Shown piece by piece: positions 25,521 to 39,720 of a stretch of 64,000 nucleotides of DNA. The notes beneath the pieces are model-generated. The model worked only from the letters and a program-made list of their open reading frames with translations. It was not told where the DNA came from and did no database searches. Numbering within the stretch: position 1 is the first letter of the stretch; every line of letters begins with the position of its first letter. This DNA comes from Octopus sinensis (lineage: Eukaryota), in assembly GCF_006345805.1 (NCBI RefSeq), contig NC_043008.1, forward strand, positions 76,570,001 to 76,634,000. The letters run 5' to 3'. The position numbers were made by a program, and so were the translations under genes.

Positions 25521-27861
25521 TAGGTAGAATAGTTGGTGGAGGTTCGTTTTTCATGGGTCCTCAAATGAGAGTTGAGCCTAGCAAAAGAAAGGCATGGTTC
25601 ATCACAAACTGTGCCCACAAAAAGGTCACTGAGATTCACCTTCTCCATCGCAACATTCTTCTTTAAATCTCTCTTGAGTCTTGGATGTGTTATCCTGGCC
25701 TCCTCAAATAATTTCACTCCACTCCATGTTCAAAACCCGGCGAATGCAATTTTGTTGGAATCGTTCAAACTATTTGAAATGTCTTTCATTACATGTCCAT
25801 GTTCTAGAAGAATAAAACGATTTGTAAAGAGACAATTTTGTGTTATTATTTATACGTTGTTGGCGTCAAACGCGTGGTGACTATAAATCAAACGCGTGGT
25901 GACCAAATGCTTGTACTGCGCTTTGAATTCGCAGAAGTATTTCTGTGTCTAGATTTCCCTCACTCTGTACAGAGCTTCCAAGGTAAATGAAAGAGTCAAC
26001 AACCTTACCCATAGCAAAGATTTTAGATAGGTCGCAAATAACACCACGTTCAGGCTGAAGCATTACAACTGATATTCTTTTTTCAGATTGATGGTCAAGC
26101 CTAATTCATCACAATTATCAGTGTATAAGAGTTTCCTAATGAGTGAAATAAAAGCCTTTATGTTGAATTTCAGTCTGGTCGGATTAAAAATATTCCCTGT
26201 TGTTCGATATTTTAAGTAAATACCCTCCGCAGAGTTTTGAAAAGCGTGTAACAGCACAACAGCGAAGTATATTGCAAAGAGGGTGGGTGCATCAAGGTCT
26301 CCTTTGCTTACTCCATTTTCCAAGGCAAAAGATTCAGAAAGCCTACCATCAAAATTAACTCAAGCCTTCGTATCAAATTTTTCTGGGTAACCTATTTTCC
26401 TTAGAATTAGCCACAATGCATTTCGATTAACAGTGTCGAATGCCTTTCTTAAATCATCAAAGCAATGGTATAGGGTAAGATTCAGTTCAATGCACTTTTC
26501 CTGAAATTTTCTGATACTAAAGACACAATCAACCACACTAAGACTAGGATACTATATTTGGTATTTAAACATTCTAACAGAACGTGGGCAAGGACCTTTT
26601 CAACTACAAGCAAAAACGAAATCTCACGAAAATTACCACACAGATCCTTTGACCCCGATTTATACAAGGAGAGTAAAATGGCATCACTCCAGTCTTCAGG
26701 TATTCCCTCAATTCTCCAACAGCGACAAATTAATATATTTACGAGTTCAAAGATTTTGTCTCCTCGATATTTCAAGACCTCTGCACAAATTCCATCAGAC
26801 TCTTGAGACTTAATGTTATTCAGCTCATTCACAGCTAAATAAATGACATTTAGAGTTTGTTCAAATGACATCTTCTCTATAAATGGAAGGTGTTCGATAT
26901 TTTTTATCATCCTCATGTCAATGGATGATGGTCTATCCAGAAGTGCAGAAAAATTTTCCACTCAACTTTTATGAGTAGAAGCGGTGTCAGTCAAAAACAC
27001 ATGTCCGTTTGCTCTTCCTACTGGAGCTACTGAAGAAGATTTTGAGCCATATGCCTCCTTAACATTAGAGTGCAAACCTTTGGCATCATTTCTATCAGCT
27101 GCTTCTTGCACCCCTTTTGCTCTGTCATTCCACCATTCCTGTTTAATTTTCCCTAGAATAGTCTGCTGCTCTTTCGCTTTCAGCTTTTTTAAAGCTTCCT
27201 TTGAGTTGGGATTCAAAAACTGAGAAAGAAGTGTATTGCCTAGGTTTCGTTTTTCTAAAAGTAGATCATGAATTTCTGGTGATTTGTCTGAAAACCAGTA
27301 ACTGGACTTACGCCGAAATACTTTTGTTTTGATATCAACCCATATATTTTTTTGGATCAAGATTGATACTTTCTATAATATCGTAGAATCTTTGCAAGTT
27401 GCTTGGTGATTGAAGTTTGCAACATTTAAGTTTTTCGGTACCATAGGACCAGACTGTCAACTTTTAGGAATTATTGAAACTTTCATTTTCTCACGCACTA
27501 GATGATGGTTAGTCCCGCTCTCTGCTCCTTTCATGGTCTGAACACTAGAAACATCCTTCATATCACGCTTCCTGATCAAAATATGATCTATGAGATGCCT
27601 TTCCTTAAATCCTGAGTGCTATATTCATTTTTCTGCTTAAACAGAGTGTTGGTAACAACTAGATTATTCTCAGTACAAAACGTTAAAAGAGCTACACCAT
27701 TTTTATTACATTTTCCAATCCCACGTCATTTCCAACTCTTGTTTTGAAATCTCCCAATATGACAAGCTTGTCAGAAATTGGTACTTTCCTCAATAATTGT
27801 AGTACATCATCATTAAAACTGTCCTAGATGTGTGTGTGTATGTATGTGTGTGTGTGTGTGT

Positions 27862-27903
<42 letters not shown>

Positions 27904-29048
27904 TTAATCCATAAGCGTTAGTTCGACAAAATATATTTTATCAGTCTAACGATTATGGATTAAATATTTTGTTTACTCAAGAATTTATCGTTCAATTCTT
28001 ATTCCAATTAGATTCTTTTAGACTTCACACCCACTGGAATATATATTTGTGCGCACTCGCGAGTGTATATGTAAGTATGTATGTATGTATGTATGTATGT
28101 ATGTATGTATATATGTATGTATGTATGTGTGTATGTATGTATGTATGTATGTATGTATGTATGTATGTATGTATGTATGTATGTATGTATAAATAATTTT
28201 CAGACATTGCTTCACATCATAAAATTTCTCAATACACAGTGAGTATAAAGTTACTAAAGTTTTGTTGCATCAAAAGAGAAATACATTAAAACTGATTCTG
28301 CACACTGATTATATCATCCAGTTTAGTGTCAGATCGACTAAAATGACCTATTGAGAGCAGTTCTAGTTTGCATGACCCCTCTGTTAGCACCTCCAGTTTA
28401 CCATCAATTGCATATTCCGCTGTTTCCAATCCTACTCTATCACTCTCCAATTATTTCGTCTCTTACAGTTCTCTTCTTCAAATTCACCTGTCCCCTCTGA
28501 AGCTTCTTCGTCCCCAGCTCTTTCTCTACCATTTTACTTTCTCCTCCTAGTTTTAACTCTTGCTCCTTTTCCCCGCTGAAACCGCATCTTCCACATGAGT
28601 GAGTCTTCACGTTGCACCTTTATACACCTTTTCCTACAAACGCACACATACACGCATGTCTATGTTTTTCTTGCTTAAGCGAGTGCATATGCATGTGTAT
28701 ATCAGTATGCTTTATATGTATATATCCAACGATGCTTCCGCGAGTATTTCTGTTACGTGTATGTCCCATCATGTTGATGCTAATATTTTATGTATGTTAG
28801 TGTTTGGAGGTGTATTCGTTTCTGCATATAGGTAAGTTTGTGTGTTCCTATATAAATTCTGTCTGTCTGTCTGTCTCAATGAAAACTTACATGGCTGAAA
28901 CTTCAAAATGACTGTCAACTTTTCCTTCTAAACTCAGATGATACTGTACTGAAAAATATTAAGTGAACCTTCAATGTTTGTTTTCATTTATAATTATGTT
29001 TAGAATGAAGATATACATATATATATATATATATATAATATATATATA

Positions 29049-29130
<82 letters not shown>

Positions 29131-29139
29131 ATATAGGTG

Positions 29140-29512
29140 GGGGTATGTTTTATCGAGCTTGAAAGGATGAAAGGTGATGGCTATTTTGGCAAAATTTGAA
29201 CACAGAATGCAGTGATTAGAAGAGAACACCGAAATGCATTATATCCAACGCGTTAATAGTTTCTGTTAATTCACCAACTTTGCCAGCTCATTATTCTTTA
29301 CACTGTATTGCAAGGTAGTTTAAGGTGGCGATCAAACTGTTTAGCGACATTTCGCCACTCTTTATGTTCTGAGTTCAAATTCCACCGAGGTCGACTTTTC
29401 CTTCATCTTTTCAGAGTCGATAAGATAAGTACCAGTTGAGTACTGGGGTCGATGTATCGATTTACACCGTCCCCCGAAATTACTGGCCCAGAGTCAAAAT
29501 TTGAAACCAATC
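29140..29512. mobile_element. Head-to-head pair of family B SINE fragments (29140-29290 minus, 29320-29512 plus)
   Basis: GTTCTGAGTTCAAATTCCACCGAGGTCGAC...AGTACCAGTT on plus, with a diverged reverse-complement copy just upstream. Confidence 0.55.
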
Positions 29513-30904
29513 TTTCAAGGTAGTTTACCAGTCAGGTTAACTGTAAGGCATTGCGAAACGAAACAAAATACTGCAATTTTACTCTGCGTAACATATCTGA
29601 TGCAATTTCAAGGCTACGTGCACTAGTGCTTATTGATATTAAAGCACGGATGACATGAAACCAGCAGCAGCAATTGTTGATGAAGTATAAATCTCAATGA
29701 AACTCGTTGCAATTGCCAAACGATCTACTTCGTATTCTGGAAAGAGAAATCACAGATTCTAAAATTAAAATTAAAAACAAACTAAATTCTTTATTAACGA
29801 GGTTTCCAAAAGACAATCACTTTTCTGCCATTGTTGTGGTTTTAAAAAATAGCTATAATATCTTGACAGAAATAGAAAATGCAATTTCCACTTTTATGAC
29901 TCAAAACAGAATAATAGAATTGATGAGAACTGAAAAATGAAACTATTTCAAAAATATACCGAAGGATGAAATTTCTTATATTGATCTTTATATCGTTTCG
30001 AAACTGTTAATTACGTATGAAAAGTAAACATTTGGTGACTGTCACTTATCAGTTGAACAGAAATTTAAAATGGTGGTCTACCTTTCACAGAATTTAATTT
30101 GAAGCTTCTTTTATGAGAGAAAGAAATATCCTGAATGAAGTGAAATTATCGACATTATTGGATTATAAATTGCTCTTGTTAGGGAAAATAATTTCTGATT
30201 CTTTGCTATTAATTCCATTTCAATATGGAAAGATATTCCTTTATTGTAATCTTGCTGACATGGGGAAAATGTTTTTGGTTGTTTTATGGATAACGGTAAG
30301 GGTCTTAAATAAAGGAAAATAAAATAAACAATTGATAAAATATTTACTGTTTTATCTGCTCTCCCCAGTGAAATGCAATTTTCTTCTCTTTTATAAATAG
30401 AAAAGAAAAGAAAATCAAAAGAAAATTATAATTCTTTTCACAAATAATGAATAAGATCATCTTCGCAACGTTCTATTTGTTTCTGTAAGCTACAGTTATA
30501 GAAAATTTTATTCAAGTTTTTCTAAGAATTTTACGTGACGCTTCATGATTTCTCAGATTTCATAAAGGGAAACACCAAAGTCGTTTCTCATTTTATATAT
30601 AAATTCCTCATAAAACGAATATTTCTTTTCAGTGATATTCCTCACGAACTTATTTCCCTGAATCTTATTCAATTTATTGTAACATCGGTTTCAAATATTT
30701 TACCATAAAAACAACACACACAGTCACATTCACACACACACACGCAAATATTAAATTTAACCATATTCTACCATAATTCATAACCTAGTTACACTTCCAT
30801 TTCATAATTTCCTTATTCTATCTAACATCAAGGAGTGCTTTATGGTATAATTATGCGCATTAGATTGGTTAGGCCCTGAAATTCATATACATGCATACAT
30901 GCAT

Positions 30905-30906
30905 AG

Positions 30907-30990
<84 letters not shown>
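30905..30990. repeat. (GATA)n microsatellite, one example of many (AT)n, (GT)n, (ATGT)n and (CT)n tracts
   Basis: Seen directly. Others include 2385-2434, 6420-6555, 28075-28190, 29018-29135, 39153-39218, 61619-61728 and 63873-64000. Confidence 0.98.
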
Positions 30991-30993
<3 letters not shown>

Positions 30994-31369
30994 CTCAAAA
31001 CAAAAATATGATATTAAAAATCGAACATCTCTGCTTTTATTCAATGAAACTAAATGAACTCTCAGTTTCAGCGATGATTATTCAATTGTTAGATCCACGT
31101 AGTTACTGCACATTCAAATGTACTGTACATTGTCGTGAATTCTACACGTCACATGACGTAATTATCCGCCATAATTAAAGACAGTGTGTGATACATTGAT
31201 ACTTTCACTTACACATATGCAAATATTTTCCGTTTCACAACTTTAAACGTAAAGTTTAAGTCATGTAATAAATAAGAAGGGAATTCCCCACACGATTAGT
31301 AGTTATTGTATCAGCACTCGAAAGATGAAATGTTATGATTTTTCCTAAGGTTCTGCTGAATCTGATATA

Positions 31370-31391
31370 TCTATTAATATAAATCCCCTTC

Positions 31392-31455
<64 letters not shown>

Positions 31456-33480
31456 GTGTGTGTGTGTGTGTGTGGTGTGTGTGTGTGTGTCTAACAGATT
31501 ATAACGGCCGTATTTTTCGACTGATTTTCTCCAAACTGTGTACATACATCACTTACGTTTCAGAGATGGTTTCAAACTCTTAAAATTTTTTACATAATCA
31601 GTAACGGGCCCCTGGGGGCAGAAAACACCCGTTCCTAGTTACGTGAAGGGAAGTAACTCTTTGCGAAGTAACTTTCAGAAATTGATTGTCTCCTTTACAT
31701 CTCTTGGTCATTAAAAAAAAATATTGCATTTTATATTAGATACCCGTCTTTGAAAGTATTTTAAATATTTACTTCTGGCTTTCTAGTGTCAGTGGCGTGT
31801 ATACCTCTCTATTTATATCTCTCTATCCATCTCTCTCTATCCATCTCTCTCTATCCATCTCTCTCTATCCATCTCTCTCTATATCTCTATCTATATCTCT
31901 CTATCCATCTCTGTCTCTATATCTATCTATATCTATCCTATCTGTCTAACTAGCTATCTCTCACCCTCTCCCTCTCTATATATCTCACTGATTCTCTATT
32001 ATTTTCATTTTCATTTTTTCAGACGCTATTGTTTTCACTGTAAGTTTTTAATCGCTTTTTACAAACAACAACGATAAATTACTGGCAGAAAGAAGTTCAC
32101 AATTACAGAGGAGGTAATTTCATTCGTTATTTACTGACAGAAGTGGCTTCATAAATTTCACTTTAATCAGTACACTTCATTAAATTTGCCTACAAATTTC
32201 TTATTTACTTTTGTAACACTTTGTGTTTTTTTTCTTTTTTGCTGATAAAACCAAATTCATAATTTACTGACAGAAATAAGTTCCACAATTTCATTTAAAT
32301 CCGTACACTTAGTTAATTTCCCAAAACATTTCTTTTACTTTGGCAACGCTTTTGTGTTTTTCTGTTGTTAACCGTATTTTTCTGGTCCTTTCAATACTGG
32401 CTCTTTGGTTCACTAACAAATTTCGCTTCACCCCGTACAATCCTTTATTTTCAGTAAAAATTTCTTATTTACTTTCTGCCCGTCGTATTAAGAAATATAA
32501 TTTCCGTTACCCAGTTATTTTCATTGTTTACTAACTTGTGCTCTCGTGTGCTTCTGTATACCTATATAGCCATACCTAGTAGGAAAGTGTCAAATTCGTC
32601 TACAATGTTAAGGTCAGTCAAAATAATGCCTCTGTCCAGGTAAAGAGAGACAGCTGCAAAAAGGGAAGCATACCAAGAAATGAACACAGTGTGCACTACT
32701 AAAGCCAGAGCATCTCAAAGTGATGAACAGCGGTATGCATGGCTGACAAGGAATAGGATCTCCACTGCAGAACGAAGAGCAGTTGCAACAGCTCAGAGAA
32801 GCAACTTCTATGAAGCAGCTTTCAATTATGATCTAGCAGGTCATTATGCAGATGACTCTAGAGTTTCCATCGATGCAATAACAATTGAGTGCATACATTG
32901 TAAAGTAAGGAAGTGGCCTGGAGAGACACCTTCACTGTGCCGCAGTGGTGGAAAGGTTAAACTCCCTGTAATTCCCCAACCACCAGTGCCATTTAAAGAA
33001 ACTGTTGTCATCAACTGACCAAGATTCCAGGCACTTCAAAAATAAAATTAGACAATACAATGCTGCACTACAGATGACATCACTTGGAGCCACAAGAGAT
33101 TTAATTAAGTCAGGTTTCATGCAAACTTTCAAGATCCAAGGTCAGATTTATCCTCGGATTGGCTCTCTACTAACTCTGTCAAATGAATCACCAAATTTGG
33201 CCTTTCATTGTTTATAAACTGTACCTATTTTTTGGTTATGAAATAAGCTAGTCAAAACATTTACGTATATTTTCTTTACATACATATATAAGTTGAAAAC
33301 TTTCTTCGAAAATTTCACTTAACGTCTATGTTCCATGTTGGTATGGGTTGGTGAGTTATTAATGTAAAAGTAGATATCTCAGCTACAAGCAGTTGAGACC
33401 TGCGTAATCTAGACGGCGTTTTTAAATTTCATTATTCTCTTTAATCAGGGTAACGCCGGCTATTTCTGCTATTTCTGCTA
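31370..33480 (+). mobile_element. Internally deleted Helitron
   Basis: 5' TCTATTAATATAAA followed by (GT)n. 3' degenerate hairpin CAGGGTAACGCCGG followed by TATTTCTGCTA. Contains RepHel N-terminal coding remnants. Confidence 0.8.
32680..33217 (+). pseudogene. Helitron Rep/Helicase N-terminal fragment
   Basis: CIHCKVRKWPGETPSLCRSGGKVKLP and FKNKIRQYNAALQMTSLGA...FKIQGQIYPRIGSLL, frameshifted. Confidence 0.85.
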
Positions 33481-33889
33481 TAAATATAATATTTTTTTCT
33501 ATGAATAAGCTCGCTATAAAAGCCATGCTGTTTAACGATCAATTGATGTGGAAGGAATGTATTACTTCAAAATAAAAGTCAGTGTGTTGAAAGATGGATG
33601 AACGCGGAAATAATTGTCCGAGTCGACGATGCTGTTCTAAGCATGCAGCTGTACATTGTGAAATAAATATGGAGAGAGCACTTGCCCCAGCGGTCGGGGT
33701 GGCCGTAGTTTTTGTAGGGTTTCTACGAGCCTGCCTTGGAAGTGTCTCCACCAGTACCTTTAGGAAATTTTAAAACTTTTCATTCTTTTCATATTTTACT
33801 GTTTAATATAATCCCTCATCACATCATATCGCATTGAATTGTTCTGTACTGTTCTTTTACAGTGGTGACTAATGACATTATTATGTTTC

Positions 33890-34310
33890 ATTTTTGTAAA
33901 GCTCAGAGACTTAAATGTTAAACAGTCCGGGCATTTCACTTAAGGAGCAGTCAACAACAACTTGACAAAAGTCCCTTTCTACTTCTTCTCCTTTACCTTA
34001 CATAGACAAGATACCCTTAGAATTCCTGCTGTACCAAAAAGTGTTGTCTTTTGCATGACCTGTGACCTTGCAACAATTCCGATTTTATTTACAGTACTCG
34101 AAACTGCCTGATATGCTTGTCAATGATCCGGTCACCACTGGAATCACTAAAATTTTCTTCATCCCTCACAGCATTCCAATCTCCTTCGGTGGATCATACT
34201 TTTCCATATTTTCATGCTCTTTATCTTCCTCTACTTTCTCCTGCGATAGTGATATCAATAACACTATATAACAATAAAAAATACGGAAATGAAAATAACC
34301 TTTCCTAGGG
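33890..34310 (-). pseudogene. R4/Dong-like LINE 3' end (restriction-like endonuclease remnant)
   Basis: IVIDITIAG and QKTTLFGTAGILR motifs. Confidence 0.55.
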
Positions 34311-34499
34311 GTATTTTGTGTGTAGTTTTTCGTAAATTACCATCTTACATTAGATATACTGATGGTTCCGTATGAATTGAGCACAAACAGGATTGAGCTG
34401 AAACTGATAACAAAGCAACAGAGTGACGTCTAAGCCTCCTGTCTGCAACAATGGAACCTGTTGGATAAAGATGCTCGAATTACAGTATTTAGCAAGCGT

Positions 34500-34712
34500 T
34501 CTGCAGATCTACAGTTCTTGGAAGTGCTTGGAATCTTAGTCAGTTGATTATAACAGTTTCTTCAATAGCTCTGGAGGTTGGGGTATTGCTGGGAGTTTAA
34601 CATTCCCACCACTGCAGCACAATGCAGGTGTCTCTCCAGAACATTTCTTTGCTTTACAATGCATGCATCCAGTTATTGTATCAGTAGAAAATCTAGTGTC
34701 ATCTGCATAATT
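34500..34712 (-). pseudogene. Second Helitron RepHel N-terminal fragment
   Basis: YADDTRFSTDTITGCMHCKAKKCSGETPALCCSGGNVKLPAIPQPP, homologous to 32845-33040. Confidence 0.8.
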
Positions 34713-35895
34713 CTTCACTTTGGAAAACAACTTGACTTATTGTAATGATACCAAGAGACCTATTCAATGCCCTTGTGCTGACCTATGAACCAAATGAGTG
34801 GAGGTTCTCCATAGATGCATCCCTTTATAGCATAAAGGCGGTTCTGTTGCACATTGGCAACACAATGCCTTCAGTTCCAGTTGCTCACTGAGTCATTTTT
34901 AGAGAGCCATATAAGAACATCGCTTTTATTCTAGACCGCATAAGTTACAAGAAGCATGAGGGGCTAATTTGTGCGGACTTGAAAGTAGTAACCCTACTTA
35001 ATTAGCTACATACTGGATACACCAAGTCTATGTGTTTCCTTTGCAAATGGGACAGTATGGCTTGATCAGAACATTATGTACGCCTAGAATGGCCACCTAG
35101 GAAGACTATGACGCCTGGATGCCATAATGTAGTTATGAAGGAAAAAATCATTTTGCCACCACTGCATATAAAACTAGGCCTAAAGAGGCATGTTACCAAA
35201 GCGCTGCAACATAACAAGTTGTGTTTCCAGTACCTCAAGGGGCGATCTTTCCTAAAATAAGTGATGTCAAGATTCGTCAACTTATAACTGATGAGAACTT
35301 CAAGGTAATGATGGATGAAACTGAACATGCGGCCTGGCATGCATTCAAAGATATATGCAAAGAATTTCTGGGAAATCACCAAGTGGCCCAGCGAGAGTGA
35401 AGAGTGGAGAGTCTAATCAATTGCTACCAAGATCTCGGATGCAATATGTCACTGAAGATACACTTTCTTCATTCTCATCTGTCCTTCTTCCAAAAGAATG
35501 CAGAAGATGTGAGTGATGAACATGGAGAGAGGTTCCATCAAGATATAGCGTCAATGGAAAATAGGTATAAGGAAAAATGGAGCCCAGCTATGCTGGCTGA
35601 CTTCTGCGGGAATCTGAAGCGTAACACATCTAAGACGTCTTATAAACAGAGAAGTAAATACTAAAATGAAGGTTAATACATTATATAATGCTAACAAACA
35701 TGCCGATTCATTATATATAAATTTATGGTATCGTGGAAATTGGCATAAATTGCATAGATATTAAATCGGTAATAAGGAAATATGACATGATGGGAAATTT
35801 TTGTTATAAAATTCAAATTTAGCACAATTAACTTCATAATAAAATGTACATGAGAACTATGATTTTTTCTTGACCCTGAAATTTGTTGTACAGTG
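34713..35895 (+). mobile_element. Chapaev3-like DNA transposon, 3' part with degenerate transposase
   Basis: WRFSIDASLYSIKAVLLHIGN, ICADLKVV, CFLCKWDS, PPLHIKLGL and HFLHSHL...SDEHGERFHQ. Ends in ...TGTACAGTG (CACTG-type terminus). Family name from memory. Confidence 0.7.
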
Positions 35896-36151
35896 TAATT
35901 TGGGCCTCTTTTTCTTTGTTGTAGTTACGAAATCTGATTTTTGCTTCAATTATATTATCACATTGAATGTTAAAGTCCCACAAAGTTTATATTTTTCACT
36001 CTCCAACAGCCCCTCTGTTTTCTGCTCATACCATTTACTTGCTCTAACAAAACCACATTTCTCACATATCATCCAGTGGATATATATCTGGCAACAATTT
36101 CATGTCGTGGCTTATACTCTTGATGTGCCAACTTATCACATTCGCTTACAA

Positions 36152-36409
36152 CAGTGGTTCCCAAACATTTTCGGGCTGCTGCCCCCTTGACACCCAGGCC
36201 ACATTCCTATCGCCCCCCAACTAACCATCACAAACATAGACCTCTTTCTGAAGCAGATTTAAACAACTGTATTTAACGAATAAAACTTAGTCTGATGAAC
36301 CCATTATTTACATGAATCGATACCTTCTTATTGCTTCAATTTTCTTCACTTTTCTTGGAACTTTCCACCGCCCCCAGGGAGGCAATACCACCCACTGTGG
36401 GAACCACTG
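36152..36409. mobile_element. hAT (Charlie-type) MITE
   Basis: TIR CAGTGGTTCCCA/TGGGAACCACTG with an 8-bp TSD GCTTACAA/GCTAACAA. Confidence 0.9.
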
Positions 36410-36419
36410 GCTAACAAGA

Positions 36420-37390
36420 TGCCTAACCAATTTTCCTTTTGTTCCACACATTCTACACAATAGTAGTTCATAATTACACACAACCCGACCGTAAAAGACT
36501 TGTTGGAAAATAACGATGGTATTATCAATGGCAGTTAGAGAACTTAGAGGAGCTTGACTGAAAATCGAGAAAACTACTTACAATCATAGAGTATTCCACC
36601 CCAACAACGATATGGACACGTTATATCTAGCCAGGCACAAACGTGGATTAGGGCTATGCAGCCATAAAAGTTGTATATTCTCAGAATACAATAGTTTGCG
36701 GTAGTATATCGAGTGTTCCGTTGAACCCTTGGCTGGTTCACGTAGAAATATCTGGTCTAGTCAGGACAGATACTTGCGTGGAGACAGAGGAATATAAAAC
36801 AAGAGTAAGGAAGACGAAAGAAAGTGGACCGGAAAAAGATGTACACGGTACTTGCAAAAGAGATGAGCTGGAATATAGATGTTAATGGAAGTTGACACTG
36901 ATTAAGGAAAAGTGACTAGAAGTTAGAGACAGAAGCGCTTAGCTGTGTTGTACCGGAACAGGCACTTAAGACAAATATCATCAAATACCGTATTAACAAT
37001 ACGTTTGAAACTGACAAATGCAAGGTGTGCTGTGATAAAGATTAAACTGAACTGCACATTGTGAATGAGTGTACGAAGCTGGCCCAAAAAGAAAACAAGA
37101 GAATGAGTTACTAAATATTTTGTTGCAAGTATGGATTGGATTAAGCAAAGAAGTGGTATGGAAAACCCAAAAAGAGTAACTAAGAATGACAAAGTAAAGG
37201 TATTGTGGGATGTAATGATCCATAGTAATTATGAAATTTACAACAAATGCCAAATATATTGGTTGTGAATATAGTGGAAAAAAATCTGTTTTATCATAGA
37301 TATTGTATGATCTGGTTGTATGACAGGTTATCGGAAAAGAAGAGAAGCAGGTCAGATATGATAATCTAAAGTGGAAAATAAAACGACTGT
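36420..37390 (+). pseudogene. R4/Dong-like LINE fragment (post-RT, zinc knuckle, start of RLE)
   Basis: FHPNNDMDTLYLARHKRGLGL, EQALKTN, CKVC, HIVNECTKLAQK, KVLWD and CFIIDI in broken frames. Confidence 0.6.
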
Positions 37391-39147
37391 TACAGTTCTC
37401 TTCTTTAGGTACACTTAACTAATCTAATTATGCTAATTACATTAATATCAGTTATGTCAATTCCGTTGCTTGTCTCTATGAAGAGATACGACCTATAACT
37501 AAGCATTGTACTTTCACACAAACAATTCAGTTTGTGAGTTCATATTTATATAAGATTTAAGATTCAAACACTACTAGTGAAATTAATTTTACCGTAATTC
37601 CTTTAATTATATTTACAAGTCCTATTAATATCATTGTATCATTGTAGATCTATGCTTTTAAAAGCATTTTTCAGAAAAAAAAAATATTAAATAAACTGAT
37701 TTGTGATTGGATCTCAATAAGTAAGAGTGAATAATAACGATGATCAGCATGTGTATCGAATTAAAATGTGACTATGTTTAAACAAGGAATCTTACAGCCA
37801 CCTTTCCATCATCTTATCAATTAAAAATTATTAAATCTACCTTCAATAAAAAAAAACATGATTCATTTATATTCTAATCAATTTTTGCGGAAAAGTTGTG
37901 CGTCACTTTTCGAAATTATGATACGGTTTGGCACAGAGATAGCCCACTAATCGTTCCCCATATGTTTACCTAAAGAATTTTATCTTGATCCTAGAGTCGT
38001 CAGTAGGATTCGAACCTAGAATGTAAAAGAACAAAAAGTCAAACTTAAACGCATTTAATCCGTCGCTATGCTAATTCTGTGGTAATCTAATGCCACAGTA
38101 GCATAATTTGCAACGATGTCCTTCAGCTACCATATAAAGGCGTTGTGAAAAAGAATCATCCATTATAGAATATCTTCAGTCTGCCAAGCGCCATTAACTT
38201 GAAGCTGTTCAAACCCATGATTTACTCCATCCGATTAATCAGTTTCAACGTGTTCTCTTCAGTCGTATCCAATCTGCTAAGATAGACGTATCAAATAATT
38301 GCCTTCTTTCTATGTTTATGCAACTTATTTCTCCATTACAATATTCTTCAAGTCTCGTGTATTTTCTTGTCTATTACTTTTATCATATCTTGTCTTCCAT
38401 ATCTTACTTGTTCTATTTGTGCTTGTGGCTGATTTAGTTGTTGTTCGGTGCTGAAGTAACTGGTGCACGTTTCAAGTGGTAGATTCTGTAATATTTGAAA
38501 AGCTTTTAAAATGTGATGAAGCTATATCAGCTGTCAATCTATAAACTGCATAAAGTAAAAACTACACAAGCTTGTAAATCCTATCAATAGTTCTGATAGA
38601 CACATGCGTGTGGAGATGTGCGTATGTGATAGAGACAGATAGAGAGAGAAGGTGATATATATATATATACTGAAAAAGCTGACTATTTACGTATATATTT
38701 GAAAAAGTGAAGTATATGTGCTGTGTCTATTTTGTATACACACACACACATACACACACATACACACACGCACATATACATATATACAGATATATGTATG
38801 TATATACACAAAGAACATTTTTCTATTTGCGTATATATTTGAAAGAATTCAAATATAAATGTGTGTGTATGTGCTTATGAGAGAGCTTGCGTGTGTGACT
38901 ATATGTGTGTGTATCCTGTGTGCGTATGAGTGTGTGTTTTGTATGTGCCTTATATAGATATGAGTGTGTGCTGTGTTAGTTGTACAGTTACGTAGATCAT
39001 TGTATTATAAACGTATATAGGAATATGGTTTATATGTATGAATGAAAATATATACTCATATGTGTTTATATAAATATGTAGTGGATGTGTGTTATACGCA
39101 TATAGGTATATAGATATACTTACACACATACATATGATATATATATG

Positions 39148-39220
<73 letters not shown>

Positions 39221-39224
<4 letters not shown>

Positions 39225-39720
39225 GAGGATATTATTGCTTATAATAAATTCAATGGCTTAGCATGTGTAAAAAATTATCAATTGCTAATTAAAGTTACCC
39301 TTAATTATTAATTGATAATTTTTTACTGTTATGGGTTTTTTATACATGCTAAGCCACTGATGTTATTATAAACAATGATATCCTCATATATATTTAGATA
39401 ATTTCTATCCACTGTTTTAAAATTGGTGAGGTGAATAATCTTTATAACCCTGGGATCAGTAAGACTCGCTGAAGATGAACGAGGATATTTTCTCAAATTT
39501 CGAAATCACAGGTATACGGGTATGTCTGAAGTTTTCAATTTTAGATTATTTTCGTCATTGGTACGAGGTTTTAGATTTTTATACATTATTTGGCCGCTTT
39601 CTCCGTTGTGGTTATATAAAAATTTGTGGTTTGGTCATTTAGCATTCGAGTAATACTTGTTAGTATCTTTAATTACTAATATATACCAGACAGTATATTG
39701 TGACTACTTGGATGTGTTAT
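39221..39720 (+). mobile_element. Non-coding PLE-like element with a 5' fold-back, following (AT)n
   Basis: 39221-39274 is inverted at 39336-39389, with an inner stem as well. A hammerhead fold follows. Right boundary approximate. Confidence 0.55.
39462..39527 (+). ncRNA. Type I hammerhead-like ribozyme
   Basis: ACTCG-CTGAAGA-T-GAACGAG...CTCAAATTTC-GAAA-TCACAGGT-ATA-CGGGT. Stem I is ACTCG/CGGGT. Stem III is weak. Confidence 0.5.

Larger units (their letters stand above)
23972..27825 (-). mobile_element. Degenerate RTE-clade LINE (APE-RT-zinc fingers) interrupted by a mariner
   Basis: LVILGDF, EAYGSKSS, LYKSGSKDLCGNFREIS, KAFDTVNR, LAPTLF-like, LLYTDNC and FIYLGS motifs, with C2H2 fingers at the 3' end. 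Many stops and frameshifts. Confidence 0.85.
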
